60,539 nt of DNA from Perkinsus chesapeaki ATCC PRA-425. Taxonomy: Eukaryota > Protista > Perkinsozoa. Below are positions 21,474 to 33,440 of this stretch, one piece after another. Each line of letters opens with the position of its first letter. The first letter of the stretch is position 1. Location of the stretch: assembly GCA_013115145.1 (NCBI GenBank), contig JAAPAO010000154.1, positions 1 through 60,539 on the forward strand, in the 5' to 3' direction. The notes below the pieces were generated by a model, which saw nothing but the letters and a program-made list of their open reading frames with translations, had not been told where the DNA came from and searched no databases. Made by a program: the position numbers and the translations under genes.

Positions 21474-24400
21474 TCAAACACCATATGTTACATGTAAAGG
21501 ACTTGAGACATACACTGGATATTCATTCAACTGCACTATTAGATTCCTCAACATCTCTTCATGCTGCTGTATACCGTACCTTTCATCATCGCTATTAGCA
21601 AAGTAGGTCAAATCCAACGCTGTGGCGCTCTGTATGGCATCAAATGCTGTCTTGTTCATACGAGCAACACCAACACTTGAGGCTTCCTTCCACACAAGTC
21701 GTATGAAACCATCCACTCTATTATTAGCTGAAACCAATAGAGAACACAGTGTGGGTATTCCCTTTGACATCGCCTCTGCCCAGCTTGCACCGCCAGCATC
21801 ACCGACGAACCTGATCATACCAGAGGAGGACTCGAGTCCAACCAACGACCTACTTGACAGAACGCTCGCAGTCTTCCACAAAGTCGATAGAATCACCGAG
21901 AGGCACGTGCTCGGAGCCCGTGGTGATGAAGGTCTCCAGTCCTACATAAACGAGATAGCATTAACAACGGAGCAAGTTTCTCACCAAGAACGCATCCCCT
22001 CTCAAAAGCTTCATCTAAAACCGAAGCGTACGAGCTCTCGATGTTCTCTGTCCAGGCCTTGCCCACTAAGGCAGATCCCCCAGCCACCGGGTCTGCACCA
22101 AAGCGATCGGGTAGTCTGGCCTTTGACGAAAACAGCATAAGCCATAGTCGACCTTGAAACCAGCAACAATGGGCGAAGAATTCGCCGAATACCCACTAAG
22201 CTTGTCACTGGGCATGACAGACAGCGAGTCGGCAGTGATAGGATTGGACTCTTCCATAGCAGACCTGACCAACTATCTACCAAGCAGCCACAGTTAGCCT
22301 TACCCATTGCTATCTACTCCACCCGGCAACGGCAGAACATCTTCCAGTAAAGCGTCCAAGTCGTCCTGAATAGAGATCTCAGCCCGCTGGGGAGGGACCG
22401 CAGGGTCTTCTTGCCGACAGTGAAGAGCAGGATCACTTTCAACTATCTCAATACCGATGTTATTCGCTAACTCATTCGGGAAGTATCTCAGAGCCCTTTC
22501 GAAAAATGACATATCCTCGATGTTAACCTCGAAAGTATCTTCCAACCGTTTCAGCATCACCAACAGCACCATACCAAACCCCCGCCAAATTGCACGTAGA
22601 CAACCCTCCGAGTTCACAACACCAGCCAAGCTCATACGCGTGTACTGGTACTGCCCCACCGTCAGAGCTTCACTCAACGGTCTCAGCGCCCATACACTTC
22701 GGTTTCCAGCGAACGCCGCATCGACCGCTCTAGCCTCGGCTTGATGACAGCTGGTCTGGTCCGCAAGCTCCGAGAATCTAAGCTCGACCGTGCACCCACC
22801 ATACCATCTTTTGGTCACCTTTCCGATGAAGAGCATCCCCTCCTCAGGCTCACGGAACAACAACAGATCCTCACGTAGAAATAATCTTCCCAACGACTTC
22901 ACCAAACCACCGTTGGTGACCAATGATCGACAGAGCAATCCCTGCAAACCGACTACAGTCTCATTGCCAGTTGCTAACGGGACATGTGCTGGTAGCCACG
23001 GTCGAAAGGCAAATAGCGGTGCAGTGAAGAGCGGCAGAGGTGTGTTGTCGTTAGAGACCAAGCAGGCCACCGGTAGCATTACAGGGGCCAGACAAGCGGA
23101 CACTTCTTGTCCTCGGTGGGCCTGCTTTGGCGAACGAAAAGAATGATAAACCAGAGCAGCGCCAAACCAGACACCGCGAGAAATGGTTAGAAGCTTCTCC
23201 AGAGCAAAGTCCGCAACCATTAGCAATACAGGTACCTCAGGAAGGCCATCAGGGTCCTCAGTATCATACCGAATCACTAGGAAGATGCCAACAACAGCAA
23301 CCGACAGGCCGAAGGGGACACCACGACAACCCGACGTCGCCGAGATGAAGTGACGGAGGGATAGCCAAGAGATGTACCAACTGTCAGTGGCCTCATCGAC
23401 CGCCAATACAAGCACTAGACTGACAAACATAAAGAATGTTGCTAAGTAGCGGAGCCCTATATGAGCAGAGCCAAGCAGTACAACCTGGGCAAGTCCAAGG
23501 CCGGCAGCTGCCCACCAAACCAAAGGTACAGGGTCCACCACGAAATGTAGAGTAAAGCCTATACCTATACCAGCACTACAGAGTAGCAAATGGCGAGCAA
23601 TAGCTTCAAGAGGGCACCTGGAGCGTAGAGGAGGGAGCAGGCCAATGCACACACCGGTGAAGGATAATAGAACCAGATGAACATCAACCAGTAAGAAGGC
23701 TAATGGAGCCACTAAGGCTAATGGAACGATCGGCAGCGGATTCACTGCGCCACAAAAATAATAAGCTGCGAATTCGATCAACCACAAGAGAGCATCTTCA
23801 AATGGTGGAAGCAGGCCGACTGCCCACAGAACCGGGCAAGCCGCTAGACCAGCATAAACGATCAACCCTAGCACATCATTGCCGACCTCAACGGCAACAA
23901 AACCACAAACCAACAACGGCAAAATTGTCAGAGACCTGGACAACGCGGAGTCCGTCATACCAGGGCACACTCGAGGTGCTAGCTCTCGAACCGGCCACCC
24001 ATACAGTAGAGAACAACCAGCAATAGTAGCCACAGAAATAGCGGACAGGATAAAGTACAGCAACCCTTTCACGGAAACCCAGGCCAGCAGACCAAAGTTG
24101 ATAAACACTAGGGGGAGCCGGAGCCACATTGAGCTGCCATTGAATCTCAGACCCCACGCTAGGGCGGCTAAACAAGTGCTAGTTACTTCACCAGCGTCAT
24201 AATCGTTCCAGAATAAACCTGTCGCCATGGTCGAACCAGGGACCTTTCGCTTACCAACCGCTGCATTCAACATCGCAACTAATAGTACACACACAACTCC
24301 CCACGTCGCGAATACAGCAGCGAGCTGCCAACAGTCAAGGCCGCTGGCCATCTGCCTGGCAACTACCAGGCCAACTAATGGCCCAAAGTAAACCACGAAC

Positions 24401-24537
24401 TGCACTACAAAGGCCAGCAACCAACAATGCCCCGATGACGGAGGCCTGAGACCGCCGAGGAGGGTATTAAAGAAATACTGCCGAAGTGCGAATGAGGCAT
24501 GAGCATCCTCGAGAAGACTACCGGCACGCGGACTCAT
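21474..24537 (-). CDS. PCNX: Pecanex-like multi-pass membrane protein
   Basis: 745-aa hydrophobic first ORF plus two short introns leading to a Pecanex_C-like end: DLTYFANSDDERYGIQQHEEMLRNLIVQLNEYPVYVSSPL. Confidence 0.75.
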
Positions 24538-24879
24538 AGAAGTACATGCAAAAATCTTACACTAAAAATTATCAAGTTGGATAAAATGCTGAAAGTAAGT
24601 GTAAGGAAAGGCAAAGCCGCCCACGAGTAAAAGAGGAGACCGATGACCGAAACAAACAATGGGGAAAACGGCCTCTGATCTATATGAGATCAAACACTCC
24701 ATGCTCTACCGTGATTCAAGCTATTATCCATCACTAAGGTGTATAGGCTTTTAAGTTCTATATGCGTGGCAATAATAATAATATAATACAGTAAACCGGT
24801 AACGTATATATTATGCTGTATAATAACAGTAAATGAACAACCTCATTAAAATAACACACACAATAGAAAATAAATGTTT

Positions 24880-26340
24880 ATTCGATACACTTGGAAGCTT
24901 CAGTCATCATCTCCAATAGCAGAGTGGTTGCCCTGGAATCAATGCACCTCAAATTGGAGCCAATGAGCATTTCGTGAAGCTGTGTGAGTAGTCAACAAGT
25001 CCATAGCGGACATCCTATGTACCTCCCGTGCTGTTGGACTATCAGTCAGTTTCATATTGTAGTCATGCCTTACTTACTCATCCCAGAGTGATGATGAGGA
25101 TGCAGGTCAGACCTTTTACTAATACGTCATCATAAGTCCATTTATAACACTCAACTCAATAAAACCAATAATAAGCACGAAAAATAGATTCAAACAGTTT
25201 CAGATGATTCCTGCACTAGTTCCTACTCCGATAACCTGAAATGAAGAAACCTTAGACCACCCGCCGAGATTTTGCATCACACAAGACCGATCAACTTTAT
25301 ACCAAACTGCCGACGAAGTGTAAGAGAGCCAAAGTCTAAAGTCTGAGAAATTAACGGGTTACGTCCCCAAATTGCGCTAGAGTCCTTCACCTGACCGATC
25401 GATAGACCCTCAAAACCAGCGCTCGTGAACTTGATGCTTGGTTTAGATCACTCACCCGGCAAGTAGAATAGCAAGTAATCCGGGGTTTCGGGTTTTCGGT
25501 TTTCGGGTTTTCATATGTATTTAATCTAGGATTATCAAAGGTCAGTCTCTACTTACATAATATATTTCAGTCTGATCGTCTCGGACGTCTGCGAGTTGCT
25601 GCCGCCTTATCAGCACTAGGCTTTGTCTCCGTCATTTCTGAGCACACAAAAACTGTCTCCTCCAAGTTGGAGACTCCAACTACTAAGCTACACAATCCCT
25701 ACCTATCCCACTTCCCTTCTTCTTTCCCTTCAGTGTTGGCAAGTCTGTTGTATCATGCAAAGCAGATGGCTGGATAACATCAATAACCTGACAAAGTCCA
25801 CAAGAGAGCAGACGATCTAAAAATGCTAAGATATTACGCTGAGCTACTCGTAGATGATAACACATACAAATTGAAGCGTATAAATTCATCAGAGCCCTGC
25901 TACCACTTCCCCCACTATCGCTACCTTCTACTAGCAATGTGCTCGCCCACAAAGAGAATACGAAAAGTTCTTCCCTCTCAACCTTCCCAGAATCCTTGCA
26001 ACACCGACGCCCCTGGGGCTGTTAGGTGCAAAAATCTACCACATTTCCCCCCTCAAATTCTCCACGTCTTAGTCACAAATTCTTATAATTTCAGCAATAC
26101 CTATTCACGCGATCTTTCACTCCTCCCAGTCTCCTAGTTGCCTGTCCCGTCATCTCGCTTACCTTATTATACACAGGTCTAAGTCCAGCCGAGCAATCAC
26201 TGGCAAAGCTACGAGCAACTGCCACCAGGTGCTGCTTGTCTGGATGCTCCTTAACCTTTTCAGCATACTAAAAACAAATGGCATGCTGCCCGTTGGATCT
26301 ATGAACACCTCAGGAATGCCAAACCACAGCACACAGTCAT
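24880..26340 (-). CDS. Possible multi-exon hypothetical protein
   Basis: Several GT-AG bounded exon-like blocks (e.g. YAEKVKEHPDKQHLVAVARSF, IFAPNSPRGVGVARILG); could partly be a 3' extension of atlastin; unresolved. Confidence 0.25.
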
Positions 26341-26871
26341 CAATTTAGGATAACAACGATCACAGTGGAAAGTAATGGGACATTAATTCAAGCTTGAGAT
26401 GGAAAGCCATTAACATCATCATCTACTGTGAACTAAACGATCGACTAGATTGGTTCTCAATAAACCAAGTTGAAGTTGCTATATAATAATTCATGATCAA
26501 TTCAAGGTAGAAGAATGCCATTAATAATAAACAAATTGAGTGAACGAAGTAAAGTCATCAACTATATAGGAAATATATAGAGGCACAGCAGAGCGTATCT
26601 TATCATAGCATCTAACCAACCACAGATGAAGCAAACTACAGCATTTCAGCCAAGTCAGATAAATTCAATTACTATTTATAATGATGATCCGCTCTGAATT
26701 CTCTACCCGGATTTCTAATAATACACCGGTTAACGTTCCATCACCTCCACCTGGAGACGATGCAGTAAATATAAAATGGTTAAAAACTAGATCAATGAAT
26801 CTACGGTAGGTCCCCTAACTGACCATGGTATTGCAATCACTATCACAATCACTAGTATTATCAATAACAAG

Positions 26872-29800
26872 TTAAATCTCTAAAGCCCCCGACTTCATCC
26901 CTGTTATACTACCCCCAATCCTAAATTGACCGACTCCTTGACCATTTCCATCAACGCAGATGCAGCCGCTACTTGGCCACGGTCACGATACCTAAAAGGA
27001 AGGCGTGACGCAGAGCTCCTCTGAAGATCTAATCAACAAGAGAATCTCAAGAGCTAGGGCTTGTAAACTGCCCCCAAAGCTGAGATCTTAGCTAAGATAC
27101 TACTCAATCAAGCAAGACAAGAGGCAAAAATACACTGAACTCTCACTATCCCATACATCGTAATATTTATCCATTCCTTCTCATTGCATTATTAACAGCA
27201 GCACGTTGAACTACACCAAACCTTTACTACCAATTTCATCACAATACCCAGTATACACCACAGCACGTCCAAGCAAGTTGCCTGGCAGCAGCAGTTCAAT
27301 CGACCTCATCTACATAACGTCCCGATAAAGCACACCACACACAATGCTTTAGTGATGAACTTTGACACGAAAAAGCAGCTATTTGGCGCCGACTCGCTGA
27401 GCAATTAAATATTCCGAAATCTTCCATCGCAAAAAATATTTCTCTCCTCCGCATTCTATAAATATTTTTTGCGACTCTAAATTCTGGAAAATATCCCAGA
27501 ACACGGTAATTCTGCCAAAAAAATTTCCCAAATTTTCCGGGAAATTTTCCCGATACAAAGATTTCATACCGCTCCTTCCTCCACTTACAACAAGAACACA
27601 TTAACAGCAATTACCACTATAATAGTGAAGTAGATGGAGAATAGGATGTTGGAAAATTTAACACAGGTATCCGAGTACCTAAATACATTTCCTGGCGCGC
27701 GGGAAACAAGCAGTGCCTTACCAATCACAGGCAAAGTCAGTGAATTTGTCTATAAGATAGAGCACAATTACCAGTACAGTAACTCCAGCGAATGCTGCCA
27801 ATGACTTGTCCATACGCCGCTTGTTCTCATCCTTATAGTAGTCCAATAGACCCTAATAACAACAATCATACCAACTTTCCTTCAAATATGCTTTATATCA
27901 ATACCACCCCAAAAAAGCCAAACGACTCTCTTAACTTTTTCTCGCCACTCAGTAGCCGCAAATTCAGTCACTTTAGACCAGCGCCAATACGCCCTCATTA
28001 ACCATATAGATGTATAACCACTACAGACACATCAAGCTGTAATTTTTCTAGCATATTTTCTGTTGATTCCTCTCCCTTATAGACTTCCAACACTCAAGAG
28101 CTACTTGATAATAAATATATATGAGTACCATATCAAACAGAAATCGATGCCGTCCATAAGCCTAACATTCCCCCTCCCCTCTATTACATCTATTTCCTTA
28201 ACAAGCTCCTCCTTGGTCTTCTCTCTTTCATCCTATCACATCCAAGTGACCAACCTAAACCAATAGCCAACCCTACATCCGGTCCAAACAGCGTCTGTTT
28301 AGAGAAGCTCTGCAATGCCATAGTCTTTGCTTTACGCGCAGCTTGCTCCAGTTGATCTGGCTTGATACCACTGCCATTCTTAGGCCTGATCAATCATCAC
28401 TTTACACTATACCATTGAGCTAGATGTTTTCACACATATTAATAGCAATATAAGGATTTTCAAACGACCCTCAAGGAATCTATACTCTAAGCCAGCCTGG
28501 AGGATCCTACGCGCCTTGCTACGAAATGGACTTACGAAATATTTACATTAGGGAAGACAAGCGCATTCGCGGAGCGGATAAAGGGGTGAGGCATAAGTCT
28601 CATCATCGCTCCTCAAACTCCTGTAATATACCTTGTACAACTTTACACTCGATAAAGATGCCTGAAACAGTCTGGTCTCGAGTCCGGACACTTCATTGCT
28701 ATGTAATGGGAAGCCTACTCTCAAGGCCCTTCCATATCAGATGCATATTCATTCAAAATATAAAAAAATGCTGATATAGCATAAATTAAATAATATATAG
28801 AAATAAAAGTAGTACTAATAAAACTAATCAACACCCTAAATCCTCAGTTAGCTCATCCATCCAAGCACTTGCCAATTAACCCCTCCCCGTCCCTCATTTA
28901 TTACCCCATCGCGGCCTCCATATCAGATTTATATTCATTTATAGCTTGCTCCTTCCCCAATAAATTACTACTGCGCGCCATTGCCTGTGTAAACGTCGCT
29001 GCTGCCGGCACTGCATTAGCAAACGCCTAATAACCCATTACCGCGCGCCACGAAATTCCCACCAATACCTCTACGAAGGCGTTAACAACCGGACCAAACG
29101 TCTGAGGCGATAAGTCCTTTCCGAGAATGCTCTTCGCGTGTAGGTGGGGGTCCGTGAAGACAGAACGCACATAGAAATCCAAGAATCTACACAACTCGGT
29201 ATCCAAAGGTCCCCGGTTCGAACCCCAGCACCGCCCACCTTATGAAATCCGGATCAATATCTGCTAGCTTGCCCGACCATCCCTTCTTCTGAATCATAAG
29301 ACCAGGATGAGGCAAGCAGAAGCACGATACACTTTCAAACATTTTATTAAGTGCAACGGCCGTGGAGTCTTCTCTAACTCGATGCTCATCTAAAGTAAAT
29401 ATCACTATTGCATCATCATCATCATCAACTACAAAGCGCCAGCAGCTGGATAACAGATATCCAAAAGCAATATCCCACCAACGGTGCGCTGGAATTAAGA
29501 TATATGATATTCCAGCCGTTACGAGAATGCTATATGAACAATACTGATAAAATATAAAATGGCACACTAAGATGATAATGAATTTAATGATAGTAGTAAG
29601 TTGAACATCGATAAGAATCCCACAAAACAAGTTACCATGACAATCACAGTAGTAAAGAGCAGCAAATATCATGTTCTACTATAAATACAAATGACGGCCC
29701 ACCGCAAAAATTTAAAGAATGAAAAGGAAAATCGCAGAAACCACGCGCGAGGTGTAAGCCCCTTTTCTGCCGCCATTTATTATCACCCATATGCTGCGCC

Positions 29801-32800
29801 AAATGCTCATTCATCTGAGCCACACACTCCCTCACTGTCATATCATCATCGAAGTTAGCCCAATCACGCACTAAGAACCTAACCAACAATCAAAGGCATT
29901 ACCACTACCTAAGCAGCTTACTCGAGACATTGGAAAGGCTTGCCTTGTTCACCATTCTTATCGCCAGAGACGCGTAGAGCTGCTGAGGCTACCTCCATGA
30001 AAAAATGAAGATTTTCCACCTAAATGCCAAGGATAACGGCTGCCTATGTGAATGATATAATAATACTGTGGGAATGCAAAACTAACTATATAATGAAGAA
30101 GAAGAAGAACTATCTAAGAAATTATCAAATAGTTAACAAAATATAACAAGCGCACCATATGAATGTTAGTAATAATAGTATAGTTTAGTGTTACTCATTA
30201 CGATGTCATAGTTCAGTATTGACCATTATTACGATGTCAATAGTCGCTATTATCGGACTACACTACTATGTAATACTGTATATAAATATGGATAATAGCC
30301 AAATACATTCAACATACTATACAGTATAATAAAAAACAATATAATCGTACAAGGAGCCTATAAGGTTATAATTTTTATCGAACATGCTACTCTTCTTCAT
30401 ATATTAACAACAGCCTATATATTTAATTATAGCTACACAGCTCCAATGACAGTGCTCCTTAGCTTATATGAAGCTAACACTTTCCTTATTACTCACAATG
30501 GAATAGCAATAGCCCCGCATAAAGTACCTTATCCTCCTGTATCTGTTTAGATATATTATATATCTGTTTACTAGACAGCACTGCAGTCAACCCAAATACG
30601 GTAGCCGACTGTTCTTTAGTCATCTTAGAATCCCACGCTCCCTGAAAATCACACCAACCCATAACATCAACCATTAGGATGGCAAATAGAGAAGATCTCC
30701 ACAGCCTCCTCATTCAGAAGCCGTCACGGCAATTTTCTGAGATTTTTCCAAAATTTTCCCTGGACTCATATCCCAGCATGTTGATAGTTTCAATACATCC
30801 AGCGCGAAAATGTTCACCAGGAATCTTCAATTGCGCCCAGCTCAATGAATGAATTTAAACCACGGTATACCACTCCGATCATCTCATAGTCGTAGATTTA
30901 CCCCCCCCCCCTCATGAAAGGAATCCCTAGAGGGTCAAATACTGCTATTTACAATTTTGATAGAAAATATGTTCCTAGGGCGAATGCTGCATTCGGAATG
31001 CAAGCACCAGCTGCATTGCTTCTAGGGACATTTACTGTTTCTTCACGACCCCCTTGTCAAACTAAGACTATCTCAAGGAACATAACCAACACAACTGAGA
31101 GATACATTCCCTATTAAATGATATATTAACCTATTCCCCTATCAAATGATATATTAACCTATTCCCCTATTAAATGATATATNNNNNNNNNNNNNNNNNN
31201 NNNNNNNNNNNNNNNNNNNNNNNNNNNNNNNNNNNNNNNNNNNNNNNNNNNNNNNNNNNNNNNNNNNNNNNNNNNNNNNAAATGATATATTAACCTATTC
31301 CCCTATCAAATGATATATTAACCTATTCCCCTATTAAATGATATATTAACCTATCCCCTATTAAATGATATATTAACCTATTCCCTTACTTGAGTATCCA
31401 TCAACACTAAGGCCACCTTATCCCCAGAATTAAGCTTCCTTACAAACGGCATAGACCATACCCATATACCCTCGGTGCACCTAATTAATACCGTATTTCC
31501 GTTAAATCATCATCTCTATCATCCCCTCACTTATCCATTCCCGGTCGCCAATGAAATCCATGAGAATCGGTTGCCTTTTGACCCTCTTGGAGCGAATCTC
31601 CCTGAAAATGACAGTTAATCAAATAATATCGAACAGACTAAGCCAACCTGCGCCAAGAGCCACTCTGGAGGGTTGAAGTCAGCGTCACCCGAACTCCCCC
31701 TCCTCCTGTTCAGCGCTACGGGATCATCTGAAGAATGAATTTCATGGAAAAGCGGCTTGGGTAATAAATGCAGAGAAAGTGATATATTGATCATAAAAGA
31801 TATAATAGAGGTAAGAAAAAGGCAATAGAAAGGTAATAACAAGGTAAGAAAGAGATAATAAAGAGGTAATAAGAAGGTAACGAAAAGGTAATGAAAAGGT
31901 AGGGAAGAGATAATACAAAGGTAATAAAAAGGTAATAAAGAAATATAACATTTGACAAATGATGACATATAATACACCAGAAATGTTATACACAAGTGCA
32001 ACACCTCAGCAATGAAGTGTAGTACGTGTAATAGGGAAGATTCATTGTTAAGAATAATAATGAAGGATAGATGGATAATAGAGATAATATAAGAAATGTA
32101 ATAAGCATATCACATATAATATTCGGTAATACGAGACCGTCTAACAAACTGATAACGACAAACTTGTTTTCTTCAACAAAATATAATAAACTAGTACCAA
32201 GTCTCACCTAAAGGGTAGTATGAATCCTCCTTACCATCTGTATAACGGAGGTATCTAAACCAACATCATCACTAGCATGCCTAATTATAAACCATTACAC
32301 TACCTTAGAAATAGGTCAAGCATAAAACTCTTGCCAGTGCGATAGGCTCCCATAATTGAGACAACTGATATCTTATCACAGCGCGTGGCCTCCAAATTCT
32401 TAGTTAGCTCTTCCATGGCCTCATCGTTAACGCGAACCTGAATAATAAAGCAAAGGTGTCAGCAGGATACCGTTGTATTTTTAATCAATTGTAATTTAAC
32501 AGTAAATTTACAATTTATCCGACTAACTAGTTATTATCAAGTGATTTAACAAGGACAAACTGATGCATTTATCGACAATATTATTCACTAAAAGTGATAC
32601 TATGTGTAAAAATGAGATGGAAATATTTACCTAGCACAAGCAATGGACGGAATAGCTTGCCATAACATTACTATCAGAAGTATCTACATCTTATTTTATA
32701 CCGACGTATCCAGATAAAACTACTACGACATAGTTGCAGTTCAGTTTCGATATTGTTTCAGTTCAGGTACACCGTAAGCATTGCTCTTGCTGGACAGATT

Positions 32801-33068
32801 ATCAAAAAATAATCATTTCTCAATCCAGTAGCGATTGTCTGCAGCAACACACTTGAAGGCTTTGGAAAAATAGAATTTACATACATCATCAGCGTGAGAA
32901 GCCGACTGGTAAATTTTGAAGTCTTGCAATTCAAAGAGATTCTACGAAAACTGTTGTCATCCCTTTCCATAATATAACCTCATTATCATCCATTTTAATG
33001 GTGACCAACTGTAAAGGCCTTCCATCAACCTTAGATACCGGAGCAGACCCAGAGGGATCTTGTGACAT
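26872..33068 (-). CDS. ATL: Atlastin-type dynamin-like GTPase (ER fusogen), multi-exon; 3' end uncertain
   Basis: MSQDPSG...; VVSIMGAYRTGKSFMLDLFLR (P-loop, about 32310-32440); GFHWRPGMDK|CTEGIWVWS; LVLMDTQ|GAWDSKMT...IYNISKQIQED; FLVRDW; CFCLPHPGL; helical bundle; TM exon near 27590-27680. Confidence 0.85.
29201..29237 (+). pseudogene. tRNA 3'-half-like fragment inside a 52-nt atlastin intron (antisense)
   Basis: ATCCAA-AGGTC-CCCGG-TTCGAAC-CCCAG-CACCGCC-CA; exact B-box GGTTCGAACCC. Confidence 0.65.
31106..31385. repeat. 28-bp minisatellite spanning an assembly gap (N at 31183-31279) in an atlastin intron
   Basis: Unit AAATGATATATTAACCTATTCCCCTATY; at least 6 visible copies, true number unknown. 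Confidence 0.9.
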
Positions 33069-33440
33069 ATTAACACTTATTACCACTGAAAGTAGGACAA
33101 TCCAATGCTAATGCGAAGCGTTCGCAACAAAGGGCGTCAACAACAGTTTTATTAATTTTGTGGCGCGTGAGAAATCCCATGCAAGCTCCACACACCACGT
33201 GACACTGTGCGGTTGGTATGTCACAAGAAGAATTGCGACTGTTACATTTATATACTGGACTTGAAATCTCGTAATGGAGGACCTGAAGAGCGTTGCTAAA
33301 TAGTTTAATTGTTATGTTAATAGTTGGTGGTCACTCTATCAACCTGCAAAGAATCTTTGTGACGTTAATAGTCGTAATTTACTTCTTTCATTTGTATTGG
33401 TAGTTGATGGTCACTTTATCAACCTCTAAAGAATCTTTAA

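Noticed and set aside
21622-22140. 172-aa plus-strand ORF, and similar long ORFs at 13794-14126, 22790-23146, 36168-36542, 37272-37619 and 45106-45838
   Set aside because: Antisense shadows of well-supported coding exons on the other strand.
25481-25511. Four CGG(G)TTTT units resembling a telomeric repeat
   Set aside because: Too short and irregular; no support for an interstitial telomere.
31106-31385. 28-bp repeat as a CRISPR array
   Set aside because: Units are head to tail with no spacers, and the context is a eukaryotic intron.
31615-32207. Hydrophobic ORFs rich in L/F/Y
   Set aside because: Translations of a low-complexity AT-rich atlastin intron (AAGGTAAT-like repeats); only the last 80 nt or so is a real exon.
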